Origin: Lentisphaeria bacterium
GTDB lineage: Bacteria; Verrucomicrobiota; Lentisphaeria; JABSQK01; JAWLHB01
NCBI GenBank assembly: GCA_041690595.1
Contig: JAWLHB010000025.1
Location: forward strand, 1-64,000
Reading direction: 5' to 3'
DNA length: 64,000 bases
Shown here: positions 48,588 through 58,102 of the stretch, piece after piece
Layout: every line of letters begins with the position of its first letter
Numbering within the stretch: the stretch's first letter is position 1
The notes under the pieces: generated by a model
What the model was told of the DNA's origin: nothing
The model's database searches: none
The model's input: the letters and a program-made list of their open reading frames with translations, nothing else
Program-made: the position numbers and the translations under genes

Positions 48588-48982
48588 TCGATGCCGGTGC
48601 GCTGGCGGCTCTCGCTGGTGTATTCCTGGACTTCGACCTTGATGCCGGTGGGATCGGTGATCCAGATCTGCCAGGAACGGTCCTTCCCGCGTTGCTTCTC
48701 GCTGACCTCGACCCCGGCGGCAACCAGCTTGGCGCGGAGGTCGTCGATGTTGTCGGTGGTGAGACAGAAGTGGCGGATGGGAGCGGAGAAGTTGGGATCG
48801 GCGGATTCCTGATAGAAAACTTCAAGGAACGTGCCGTCCTGGAGGGAGAGGTAGAAGCCTCGCTCGACGTCGCCATGGTAATAACTGAAGCGCTTCGTGA
48901 GGCCGAGAAGGTCGCAGTAAAAGTGTTCGCTGGATTTCAGATTGGTGGCGCCGATGCAGACGTGGGCAGTTCCGGTAATCAT
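48575..48982 (-). CDS. VOC/glyoxalase family protein
   Basis: AHVCI, FYCDLLG, LEVF, HFCL..D.ID, DPTGIKVE. Confidence 0.92.
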   Translation of the reverse strand: MITGTAHVCIGATNLKSSEHFYCDLLGLTKRFSYYHGDVERGFYLSLQDGTFLEVFYQESADPNFSAPIRHFCLTTDNIDDLRAKLVAAGVEVSEKQRGKDRSWQIWITDPTGIKVEVQEYTSESRQRTGIDYRD

Positions 48983-49011
48983 GTCGCAGGATCCCGTGAG
49001 CGTTTTGGCGT

Positions 49012-51348
49012 TCAGGTGAAGTGGAGGTCGCAGTTCGTCTCGCCTCTGGGCAGGAAAGTGTTGCGGGGGAGGCCGGCGCCGTTGGCGTGAAGGGTGGAGC
49101 CTCCGGCACGCAAGTTGAGGTTGCAGTCGCAGCCACGGAAGCGACGACGGACCTTCACGTTTTCATGCTCAGGAAGCAGGCAGGGAGCCACATGCAGCCC
49201 CTCGGGTGTCGGCTGAATGCCGAGCAGATAGTGGGTGACGGCGATGTACATCCAACTGGCGGTACCCGTCAGCCAACTGATGCCGGCCTTGCCCTCGCGA
49301 TCGCTCGGTGGGCCGGTGATGGTGGAGGCATAGACGTAGGGCTCCCGCTCGTAGTGGTCCGCACCGACTTTCGCTATCACCTCTTCGGGAAGAAGTTGCC
49401 GATAGTAGCGCCAGGCGAGCGGCGCATTGCCGAGCATGGCTTCCGCGATGATGGCCCAGGTGTTGGCATGGCAGAAGACGGCACCATTTTCGTTGGTGCC
49501 GGGACGGGAGCCCAGAGGGGGATCCTCGGGCTCGGGAATGCCCGTGTAGGGTGGGGCGAGGACGCGGAGGCCAAAGGGCGTGTCGAGCAGCTCCGCGGCG
49601 GCATCCATGGCCCGGCGCCCGCGTCCATCATGGTCGCCCACCTTGGAAATGACGGCCCAGGACTGCGGATTGAGGTAGATGCGCCCTTCCCGCCGACACG
49701 AGGTGCCAAGGACCTTGCCGGAACTGAGTATCAGGCGGCCATACCAGTCACCATCCCAGCACGGCTTGCCGTTGAGAATGGCCGAGAGTTCGTCGATAAC
49801 CGTTGCGCACCAGCGATGATCCTCCTCCCGCTGAACGTGACGGGCGGCTATCTGCATCTGCCGGCAGGCGTGGACGAGCTGCATGCCGAGCATGATCGAC
49901 TCGGCGGTCTCATCCATGAAGACGGCAAGCCCGTCGTTCCAATCCGCGTGAAAAAGAGTCGGCAGGCCGTGCGGACCGCGGCGCTCCCAGATGTAGTGCA
50001 AACCACGGAGGAGGTGATCGTAGGTGGTGCCGATGGAGCCGTCGCGGAAGGGCAGGGGGCGTTCGAACAATTCCCAGTCCCCGGTTTCCGCCACGAGGTT
50101 GAGCATGGTGTCGATCTGCCAGACCGTATTATCGGAGCGGCGGGGGGAATCGGAGACGGGGCGGGTATCGTGCGGATAAAAGGCGAAGCAACCGCCGCCG
50201 TCAGCCGTCTGTTGCGCGAAAACCTGGTCCATGCGCTCCAGAGCGAAGGCCGGATCGAGGTTGGCGACGGCGAGGGCATCCTGTGTGGTGTCGCGGTAGC
50301 GGAGGCCATCGAGCCCGGTATGGTCGGTGGAGACCGTGCGGGCCAGATCGAGGGTGATGAGGCAGTTGCACGGGTTCCAGGTGTTGATGAAGCGGTCCAC
50401 GCCGGGATCGCCGGTGGTGGCGGCGAAGGTATCGAGGCGACGGCGCCACCACGTGCGAGTCGCGGCGAGCGCGGTGGCCGCGGCGCCAGGCTGGTTGTAC
50501 CTCTCTGCAAGGTCGAAGGCACTCTCCCAGGTATCGGCGATGGCGAAGGACCAGGAGAGGTCGACGGCTGTGCCAGGCGCGAGCTGAAGCTCGGTGGCGA
50601 GGGCGCCGCAGCCATGCCCGCCAAGCGGAAGCTGGGAATTCGTGAAGCCGTTGGCAAGGAGAGCGCCCGGACGTTCAAGCGAACCGGTGCGTCCGCAGAA
50701 GGCGTCGCGTGAGCATTCGAAGCCGCTCACCGGAGCAGAGGTGGAGAAGAGCATGCGCGGCGTGAAGGGGGCCTCGAAGACGGCGTAATCATAGCAGATC
50801 GCGCGATGCGCCTCGTCATAAAAGAAGCGGTTGTGGCTGCGCAGGTAACACCAGCCAATGGCTTCGCGCATGAATTCGAGGAGGCCGAACTCCAGGTAGC
50901 TGCAGAGCGTGATCCGTGCTTCCGTGCTGCCGACGTTCCTGGCGGTGACCTGCCAGAGCATCACATCGTCGTCGGGTGGAATGACGTAGGCGACCTCGAT
51001 CTGAACACCGGCACGCGTGGCGGTGATGGTGGTGATACCCGGTTCATGGCGGCATGAGTAGGCGTCCAGCTTGGCAAAAGTCGGGCCCGCATGGGGATTC
51101 CACAGGCTCTGATCGCGATGGTCGAGCACATAAAGGTAGAAGCCGGGTTGATCGCCGGGCGCGGGAAGGTAGTGATAACGGGAAATGCGATGGCTGTGCG
51201 GCTCGAGGTGCCAGAGGAGTCCGCCGGCATTCTGGCTGATGAAGGCACGCAGGCGGCGATTGCCGAGATAGTTGATCCACGGCCGTGGCGGAGCAGGATT
51301 ATCGATCTCATAGCAACGTTCAGCATCCAGAAATTGACCGTATTGCAT
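49012..51348 (-). CDS. GH94 glycoside phosphorylase (cellobiose/chitobiose phosphorylase-like)
   Basis: PRPWINYLGN, YRDT.QD, ADWNDGL, NPQSWAVIS, ENGAVFCHANTW, SWLTGTASW. Confidence 0.9.
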   Translation of the reverse strand: MQYGQFLDAERCYEIDNPAPPRPWINYLGNRRLRAFISQNAGGLLWHLEPHSHRISRYHYLPAPGDQPGFYLYVLDHRDQSLWNPHAGPTFAKLDAYSCRHEPGITTITATRAGVQIEVAYVIPPDDDVMLWQVTARNVGSTEARITLCSYLEFGLLEFMREAIGWCYLRSHNRFFYDEAHRAICYDYAVFEAPFTPRMLFSTSAPVSGFECSRDAFCGRTGSLERPGALLANGFTNSQLPLGGHGCGALATELQLAPGTAVDLSWSFAIADTWESAFDLAERYNQPGAAATALAATRTWWRRRLDTFAATTGDPGVDRFINTWNPCNCLITLDLARTVSTDHTGLDGLRYRDTTQDALAVANLDPAFALERMDQVFAQQTADGGGCFAFYPHDTRPVSDSPRRSDNTVWQIDTMLNLVAETGDWELFERPLPFRDGSIGTTYDHLLRGLHYIWERRGPHGLPTLFHADWNDGLAVFMDETAESIMLGMQLVHACRQMQIAARHVQREEDHRWCATVIDELSAILNGKPCWDGDWYGRLILSSGKVLGTSCRREGRIYLNPQSWAVISKVGDHDGRGRRAMDAAAELLDTPFGLRVLAPPYTGIPEPEDPPLGSRPGTNENGAVFCHANTWAIIAEAMLGNAPLAWRYYRQLLPEEVIAKVGADHYEREPYVYASTITGPPSDREGKAGISWLTGTASWMYIAVTHYLLGIQPTPEGLHVAPCLLPEHENVKVRRRFRGCDCNLNLRAGGSTLHANGAGLPRNTFLPRGETNCDLHFT

Positions 51349-51558
51349 AGACCTTCCCAGGTTTGCCGGTGATTCGTCGGTATACCCCCAGAAGATGGCG
51401 GCAGAACTGTCTGCTTGCCAGCAGTGGCGTGGATTTCTCCTGGCGCTTTACGTAGATTTTCCGGAATATGCTTTTGACATTTGCATGGAACCCCCGCATG
51501 TTATCGGTTTTCACTGACCATGTACTCGGTTCGAGGAGGCGGTTCGCCCGTGGCACCC

Positions 51559-52434
51559 ATGCAGGATTTCATCGGAAAGGCAGCAGTGTTGATCGAAGCA
51601 CTGCCTTATATACAGAACTTGCGCGGCCAGTTGGTCGTCGTCAAGTTCGGCGGCAGCGCCATGGAGAGTGATGAATGTACGGAGAGCACGCTTCGTGACA
51701 TCGTCTTCATGGAATGCGTGGGCATGAAGCCGGTGGTGGTACATGGCGGCGGCAAGGAAATCAGTTCCCGCTTGAAAGAGCTGGGGATTGCGACCCGCTT
51801 CATCAATGGCCTGCGGTACACCTGTGAAGAGACGATCGGCGTGGTGGACGATGTCCTCCATCGGCAGGTGAACGCGCGCCTGGTGGAAGGCATCCAGAAG
51901 TTTGGCGGTCGTGCCAGGACCTTGTCCGGCAAGAGCTTCATCGGTGCCGAGAAATTGACGAGCCGGGATCGCGATACAGGCGAGGAGATCGACCTGGGCT
52001 TTGTCGGAGAAGCGGCACGGGTAAATTGCGAGGGGATCCATGAGATTCTCGCTCGGGACGAAGTGCCTGTCATCACGCCACTTGGGGTTGGCGAAGATGG
52101 GCAGACTTACAACATCAATGCGGATATCTGCGCCTGTCGCGTCGCGCAAGCTTTGAAAGCCCGGAAGCTGGTCTTTCTCAGCGACGTGCCAGGCTTATTA
52201 CGAGATCCGCGTGATGAAAGCACGTTGATCTCGACGGTGCGTATGGACGAGGTGGAGGGGCTGATCGCCAGTGGCGTGATATCCGGCGGCATGGTGCCGA
52301 AGATAACCAGCGCGGTAGCGGCCCTGGCAGCAGGCACCAACAAGGTGCACTTGATCGATGCCCGTCTGCAACACTCGCTGTTGCTCGAGATCTTTACCGA
52401 CCGTGGGGTCGGTACGCAGATAGTCCGAAGCTGA
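51559..52434 (+). CDS. argB: Acetylglutamate kinase
   Basis: LIEALPYIQ, VVKFGGSAM, VVHGGG, YNINAD, SDVPG, GGMVPK, LLEIFTD.G.GT. Confidence 0.97.
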   Translation: MQDFIGKAAVLIEALPYIQNLRGQLVVVKFGGSAMESDECTESTLRDIVFMECVGMKPVVVHGGGKEISSRLKELGIATRFINGLRYTCEETIGVVDDVLHRQVNARLVEGIQKFGGRARTLSGKSFIGAEKLTSRDRDTGEEIDLGFVGEAARVNCEGIHEILARDEVPVITPLGVGEDGQTYNINADICACRVAQALKARKLVFLSDVPGLLRDPRDESTLISTVRMDEVEGLIASGVISGGMVPKITSAVAALAAGTNKVHLIDARLQHSLLLEIFTDRGVGTQIVRS

Positions 52435-52487
52435 GGCGGGACGAACCCGCCGGTTTCGCAGTCGACCCGCGAGGCCTGTTTTGTTTT
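52435..52487 (+). terminator. Tandem hairpins with U-rich tail between argB and argD
   Basis: GGCGGG-acgaa-CCCGCC, then GGTTTCGC...GCGAGGCC followed by TGTTTTGTTTT. Confidence 0.45.
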
Positions 52488-52543
52488 CAGGCTCCAATCT
52501 CAGTTGCCACTACGATGTCAGACGCCGATAAGGAATCTTTCCG

Positions 52544-53722
52544 ATGACAAAATCCGACTTGATGGCTCTTCAGGACAAGTACGTTCTGGGTACGTATGCT
52601 CCAACTTTGATGCTTGTCCGGGGGCAGGGTGCCCGTGCCTGGGACGTGGACGGTAAGGAATATATCGACTTCACCACCGGAATCAGTGTCTGCAGTCTTG
52701 GCCACTGCCATCCGGCAGTGACGGAGGCCATTCAGCGCCAGGCAGCCAGACTGGTTCACGTCTCCAACCTCTTTTTCAACGAGTTTCAGCCCCAGTTGGC
52801 TGCCGCCATTTCGCGGCACAGCTTCGATGGACGCGTCTTCTTCGGCAACAGCGGAGCGGAGGCCAACGAAGGATTGATCAAGTTTGCGCGGATGCACGGC
52901 AGCAAGAACGGGCGGCATGAGATCGTCTGCATGCAGGGCTCTTTCCATGGGCGGACCCTGGCGACGCTGGCTGCCACCTCGCGGGCAAAGTACCGGGAGG
53001 GCTTTCAGCCCGACATGCCCGGCTTCTCCTTCATTCCCTTCAACGACGTCGAGAAACTGCGGGAAGCGGTGACCGATAAGACCGCGGCCATCCTGCTCGA
53101 ACCCATCCAGGGCGAAGGGGGCATTTACGCGGCCAGCCACGAGTTTCTCCTCGCGGCTCGGGAGTTGTGCGATCGGCACGGCATTCTGCTGATGTATGAC
53201 GAGGTGCAGTCCGGCATGGGGCGCAGCGGTCGCTTTTTTGCCTATCAGCATCATGCCATCGAGCCCGATGCGATGTCGATCGCCAAGGCACTCGGCAATG
53301 GCTACCCGATCGGCGCCTTCATTGTGCAGCGTAAGCACGAAAAGGTGCTGGGTGCGGGAAAGCATGCCAGCACCTTTGGCGGAACTCCGCTGGCGTGTGC
53401 CGCGGCGCTCGCCGTCATCGAGACCATCGATCGTCAGGATCTGCTGACGAACTGCCAGGAGATGGGTGAACACCTGCGCGGCGCGCTTGTCCAGCTTGCC
53501 TCGAAGTACCCGACAATCAAGGAAGTGCGGGGACGCGGCCTGATCGTGGGCGTCGAAATGACGGTCCCGGTGGCCGATGCCATCAAGAAGGCAGCCGAAC
53601 GGGGGCTGCTCATTCTCAACGCGGGCGACAACGTCTTCCGATTCCTGCCACCGCTCAACCTGACGAAGAAGGACCTCGATGAGGCCATGAGCATCTTCGA
53701 TACCGTACTAGGAGACTTGTGA
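52544..53722 (+). CDS. argD: Acetylornithine aminotransferase
   Basis: NSGAEANE, SFHGRT, EPIQGEGG, DEVQSGMGRSG, AKALGNG, HASTFGG; lies between argB and argF. Confidence 0.95.
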   Translation: MTKSDLMALQDKYVLGTYAPTLMLVRGQGARAWDVDGKEYIDFTTGISVCSLGHCHPAVTEAIQRQAARLVHVSNLFFNEFQPQLAAAISRHSFDGRVFFGNSGAEANEGLIKFARMHGSKNGRHEIVCMQGSFHGRTLATLAATSRAKYREGFQPDMPGFSFIPFNDVEKLREAVTDKTAAILLEPIQGEGGIYAASHEFLLAARELCDRHGILLMYDEVQSGMGRSGRFFAYQHHAIEPDAMSIAKALGNGYPIGAFIVQRKHEKVLGAGKHASTFGGTPLACAAALAVIETIDRQDLLTNCQEMGEHLRGALVQLASKYPTIKEVRGRGLIVGVEMTVPVADAIKKAAERGLLILNAGDNVFRFLPPLNLTKKDLDEAMSIFDTVLGDL

Positions 53723-54639
53723 TGAAAGGCAAACACCTGCTCAGTCTGCTCGATCTGAACGCCGCCGAATTGGCTGATCTGCTCAGCAGCGCCAGCCGCT
53801 TCAAAGAACAGCGCGGTCGTCCCGGCGCGCCCAAACCGCTGACGGACAAGACGGTGGCGATGATCTTCACGAAGTCGTCGACCCGAACGCGGGTATCGTT
53901 CGAGGTGGGAATCTACGAGCTGGGTGGGAACTGCCTCTTTCTGGAACCGAGCGTCCTGCAGGTGGGGCGCGGCGAGTCCCTGGCGGATACGGCCAAGGTG
54001 CTCAGCCGCTATGTGCATGGGGTGGTGATTCGCTGCCACAAGCAGGAGCAACTCGAGGAGTTCGCGAGCGTGGCGGAGGTGCCGGTGATCAACGCGCTCA
54101 CCGATCTCTACCATCCTTGCCAGCTTCTGGCTGATCTGCAGACGATCAATGAGGTGGCCGGCAAGGTAAATGGCATACGCGTGGCATACGTCGGCGACGG
54201 CGCCAGCAACATGGCCCGTTCGTGGGCCATTGCCGCCAGTCTCGCGGGCATCGACCTGGCTATCGGCGCGCCGAAGGGCTACCAGCTCGATGAAAGCTTC
54301 ATCGCGAAGCTGAGCGGCTCGGGAACCATCAGCCAGACAACCGATCCGTTGCAGGCCGCCGCCGGCGCTCACTTCATTTACACGGACGTGTGGGTCAGCA
54401 TGGGCTTCGAGGAAGAGGCTGGGCAACGCCTGGAAGCGCTGGCGCCATATCAGGTGAACCAGACTCTCGTGAACGCTGCCGCGCCCGGCGTGAAGGTGAT
54501 GCACTGCCTGCCGGCCTACCGCGGCAAGGAAATCACCAGCGAGGTGCTGGATGGTCCGGCTAGTATCATCTGGGATCAGGCCGAAAATCGCATGCACGCG
54601 CAGAAGGCCGTATTGGCGAGTTTGATCAAACCCTACTGA
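53722..54639 (+). CDS. argF: Ornithine carbamoyltransferase
   Basis: STRTR, HPCQ, YTDVWVSMG, HCLP, QAENR; alternative GTG start at 53719. Confidence 0.97.
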   Translation: MKGKHLLSLLDLNAAELADLLSSASRFKEQRGRPGAPKPLTDKTVAMIFTKSSTRTRVSFEVGIYELGGNCLFLEPSVLQVGRGESLADTAKVLSRYVHGVVIRCHKQEQLEEFASVAEVPVINALTDLYHPCQLLADLQTINEVAGKVNGIRVAYVGDGASNMARSWAIAASLAGIDLAIGAPKGYQLDESFIAKLSGSGTISQTTDPLQAAAGAHFIYTDVWVSMGFEEEAGQRLEALAPYQVNQTLVNAAAPGVKVMHCLPAYRGKEITSEVLDGPASIIWDQAENRMHAQKAVLASLIKPY

Positions 54640-54650
54640 GGCACGTTGCC

Positions 54651-55712
54651 ATGGACACCTTCAAGCGCGAGATGCGCGAGCTCGACAGACAGATCATCGA
54701 GCTGGTCAACCAGCGCTACCGGAAGGCCGTCGAGGCAGTGGCGGGTGGATTGCCCGTACCCGAGCTGACCACTGCCGATCTGGAGCAACGCGCCCTCTGC
54801 GAGTTGACGGAGATCAATCGCGGCCCGATGAGCGAACAGACGCTGCAGGCAGTCTACCGCGAGATCATCTCCGGCCAGTTTGCGCTGGTTCGGCCAGTCA
54901 AGGTGGCCTTCTTCGGCGCTGAAGGCTCCTTCACGCACCTGGCCACGTTGCGCAAGTTTGGCGAGAGTGTCGAAACGACCAGTCGGCAGGCGGTGGGCGA
55001 TGTCTTTGATGACGTGGCCAAGGGGACCGTTGATTTCGGCGTGGTGCCGGTGGAGAATTCCACCGAGGGAGCGGTGACGGTGACCTTCGACCTCTTTCAG
55101 GAGGCAAGCGTCAAGATCTATTCGGAGATCTACGTGCGCATCCACCACTACCTGCTGGCAAACTATCCGCGGGAAGAGTTGCGGGTGATCTACAGCCACC
55201 CGCAGGTCTTCGGTCAGTGCCGCAGGTGGATTCAGCAGAATCTGCCCAAATGCGACTTGGTGGAGGTGAGCAACACCACGGCCGGCGCGGAGCGGGCGGC
55301 GCGGGAAGAGCACGCGGGAGCCCTGGCGGGTATCCTGGCGGCAGAGAAGTACGGGCTCAAGGTCCTGGCGCGCAATGTCGAGGACTTCTCCGAGAACATC
55401 ACCCGTTTTCTCGTGCTCAGCCGACGAAGCCCGGAGCGGACGGAGGATGACAAAACCTCGGTGATGTTTGTCATCGAGGACAAGGTCGGCGCGCTCTATG
55501 ACTCGCTCCTGCCCTTCAAGACGCGCGGTGTCAACCTGAGCATGATCCAGAGTCGCCCCTCCAAGCGCAAGAGCTGGGACTACCTCTTCTTTGTGGACTG
55601 TCTCGGCCACTTCAGCGATGCAAAGCTGCAGGACGCGTTGAGCGAGCTGAGCAATCAATGCAAGTTCGTGAAGATACTCGGATCCTATCCCCGAGCGCAG
55701 GAACCGGTGTGA
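54651..55712 (+). CDS. pheA: P-protein: degenerate chorismate mutase + prephenate dehydratase + ACT
   Basis: VPVENSTEG, SHPQVFGQC, NITRF, GALY, QSRP, LGSYP. Confidence 0.93.
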   Translation: MDTFKREMRELDRQIIELVNQRYRKAVEAVAGGLPVPELTTADLEQRALCELTEINRGPMSEQTLQAVYREIISGQFALVRPVKVAFFGAEGSFTHLATLRKFGESVETTSRQAVGDVFDDVAKGTVDFGVVPVENSTEGAVTVTFDLFQEASVKIYSEIYVRIHHYLLANYPREELRVIYSHPQVFGQCRRWIQQNLPKCDLVEVSNTTAGAERAAREEHAGALAGILAAEKYGLKVLARNVEDFSENITRFLVLSRRSPERTEDDKTSVMFVIEDKVGALYDSLLPFKTRGVNLSMIQSRPSKRKSWDYLFFVDCLGHFSDAKLQDALSELSNQCKFVKILGSYPRAQEPV

Positions 55713-55718
55713 CGGCCA

Positions 55719-56681
55719 TCAGGTGTGAAAAGCCTGCCTTGGCAAGGACGGTTCCGGCGGTGGAGCCGGGCGCCAGTGTCGTGCCACTTGCCTGGCGGCA
55801 TGTCGCAGTTGACGAATCAGCTCTGGACGCGAGAGCCGTCGAATGTCGGCCGGTGATGGCGGCCCCAAATCCGGCTTCGGCTGAAAGCCCCTGGGCGTCA
55901 GGTAGAAGTTGTCGCCGGGTTTCACATCATTGAGCGGCATCTTCCTTTTCTGCATGTGCATGTAGGCATATTCGATCGTGCTGACCGTATCGCCCCGCAA
56001 GTGGTACCCAAGCAGTTTGCCGTTCTCCCAGGCAAAGAGCTGATGGCGTACATTGTTATTGCTGTAGAACATGCTGAAGCGCGGCAGCCCCGGCACGATG
56101 TCGACGTAGGTATAGTCGTGCGAGAAGTTGATGGCATTGCTCATCAGGAGCGCGGGTACGCCGCGCCACTCGTCAAACGCGAGGGCGTTTGAAATGGAAT
56201 AGGTCGTGCGATAGTCGACGCCCGGAGCCTTCAGCTTGAAGAAGCGCTTTGCTTCGGGAGTATTCTGGTAGAAGGCCAGGTGACCTTGTCCCTGCATGGC
56301 CGGATACTTCCCCATGCGTCCCTGGATGTTGAGCCGGTCGATATTGCCGAAGATCATGTCCGGATCGCAGAACCCCCAGTAGTCGTATCCTTCCAGGAGT
56401 TCCTCGAAGAGCAGCCCGTAGGTCACTTTGTAGTCGCACATCTTGTAGGGCATCATGCGCTCTGGGATGACGCCGACACGCTGGACGATCAGCTGCTTGC
56501 ACGCATCGAAGGTCATGGGGATGATCCGCACGTTGGCAGGGATCTGCCAGGCGCGTTCGTCATCCGTTACGACAAGCCAGTCGTAGTTGGGATTAGCTCC
56601 GGCGGAGAGAAGCCAATGCTGAAAGTGCGCGGGAAGGCGCCCAAAATAGGCCAGAACGATGCACGCGGTGTAGCGGGACAT
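55719..56681 (-). CDS. DUF6625-like protein (surface-polysaccharide associated, DxD)
   Basis: YFG.LP..F...L.S...NP, PYKMCDYK..YG..F, YDYWGFCDPD.IFG, FDE, Y.H.QKR. Confidence 0.78.
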   Translation of the reverse strand: MSRYTACIVLAYFGRLPAHFQHWLLSAGANPNYDWLVVTDDERAWQIPANVRIIPMTFDACKQLIVQRVGVIPERMMPYKMCDYKVTYGLLFEELLEGYDYWGFCDPDMIFGNIDRLNIQGRMGKYPAMQGQGHLAFYQNTPEAKRFFKLKAPGVDYRTTYSISNALAFDEWRGVPALLMSNAINFSHDYTYVDIVPGLPRFSMFYSNNNVRHQLFAWENGKLLGYHLRGDTVSTIEYAYMHMQKRKMPLNDVKPGDNFYLTPRGFQPKPDLGPPSPADIRRLSRPELIRQLRHAARQVARHWRPAPPPEPSLPRQAFHT

Positions 56682-56995
56682 ACGCACCTCTGTAGAATGT
56701 TGTGGAGAGCGATTGCATTGATTTCGGGAGTCGATTTGAACCTGATGAAGGAGCTTTGGCAGGTTGGCCAGCCTTCGTGTCTTGCACAGCGGCTTCTGCT
56801 ACGCTTACAGTAGAGTCATTGGCTCTCCGAGGGCCAGAAAGTTCTGGATTTCCTGCTCACCACGCTCGCTGAATACTGCAACTGTCGCGGCAACTTTTCT
56901 CGATGCGACCAAATGCTGCTGGTGCCGAAACAGCGAGTCAGACACAGATCTTGCCGTTCCGCGAGGGACGCTTACGACAAAGCGAAATATCTTCC

Positions 56996-58102
56996 ATGCG
57001 AACAGACGCTGAAGCGAGCGAACAACTGAAGGAATTCTACGAAGCCAAGAACGTTCTGGTGACAGGCGGGATGGGCTTTGTGGGCAGTCACATCACCAGA
57101 GAGCTTGTCAAGTTTGGCTCTCATGTCACAATCATCGATCTCGATACCTCCCCCGACAGGGCTTCGCTGATCAACGATCCCCTGCATGGATTGCGCGAAA
57201 AGATCGAGGTGCTCCAGGCGGATGTCACCGATCTGGAGGCCATGATCGACATGATCGGCCATGGCGAGTTCCACCTGATCTTCCATTTCGCGGCCTATGC
57301 CACCGTGATCGAACGCGCGGTGGAAGCGCCATACGAGACGATTCGCTCGAATACGATCGGCTTGGTGAACGTCCTCGAAGCGGTACGTCGGGCTCACCGT
57401 CCGCCCAATACCGTTTTCTTCTCCTCCACCGACAAGGTGTATGGAGAAATGGAGGAAGAAGCTTACCAGGAAGAGCAAACCCCTCTGCGCGGCATCGGCA
57501 TGTACGATGCAACAAAACTGGCCGCCGACGTCTTTGCCAGAACCTACCATGATGTCTTTCAGGTGCCGACGGTTGTGCTGCGCATGTGCAACCTCTTCGG
57601 CCCGCATGATTTCAACATCGACTTCCGCCTCGTGCCGAAAGCCATGCGCAACATGTTCGCGGAAGACGAGCCGCTGCCACCGGAGCTTTATTACGACTCG
57701 CTGGGGCACAGCCGCGACTATCTCTACATCGAGGATGCGGTTCGGGCCTGCCTGCTGCTGGCGTACTATCCGCGCTGCCGCGGCGATGTGTACAATCTGG
57801 CGGCCTGCGAATACATCTCCACGCCCGAGATGCTCAAGGCCATCGTCGATGCGGCGGTGGCGATAGAGGGCACTTATGACCCCGCTCGAGCCGAGAAGAT
57901 CCTGCGAAACGGCATCTCCATTCACGGATCGGTGCATGGTTCGAAGCTGATCACCATCAAGAATCAGCATCTAAATGGCGACAAAATCAGACGCGACACC
58001 GGATTCGTCCCTACCCACGAGTTCCATGAATCTCTCAAGCGAACAGCGGAGTTCTACCGCCTTCACTTCGAGCAACTGAGAAACCGGAGGGAGACCCCAT
58101 GA
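56996..58102 (+). CDS. NAD-dependent nucleotide-sugar epimerase/dehydratase (CDP/GDP-sugar 4,6-dehydratase-like)
   Basis: VTGGMGFVG, SSTDKVYG, YDATK, NLFGP.D, RDYLYIED. Confidence 0.9.
   Translation: MRTDAEASEQLKEFYEAKNVLVTGGMGFVGSHITRELVKFGSHVTIIDLDTSPDRASLINDPLHGLREKIEVLQADVTDLEAMIDMIGHGEFHLIFHFAAYATVIERAVEAPYETIRSNTIGLVNVLEAVRRAHRPPNTVFFSSTDKVYGEMEEEAYQEEQTPLRGIGMYDATKLAADVFARTYHDVFQVPTVVLRMCNLFGPHDFNIDFRLVPKAMRNMFAEDEPLPPELYYDSLGHSRDYLYIEDAVRACLLLAYYPRCRGDVYNLAACEYISTPEMLKAIVDAAVAIEGTYDPARAEKILRNGISIHGSVHGSKLITIKNQHLNGDKIRRDTGFVPTHEFHESLKRTAEFYRLHFEQLRNRRETP

Noticed and set aside
56690..56995. Riboswitch or ncRNA in the 300-bp divergent spacer
   Set aside because: No aptamer consensus or convincing structure was recognisable by eye.
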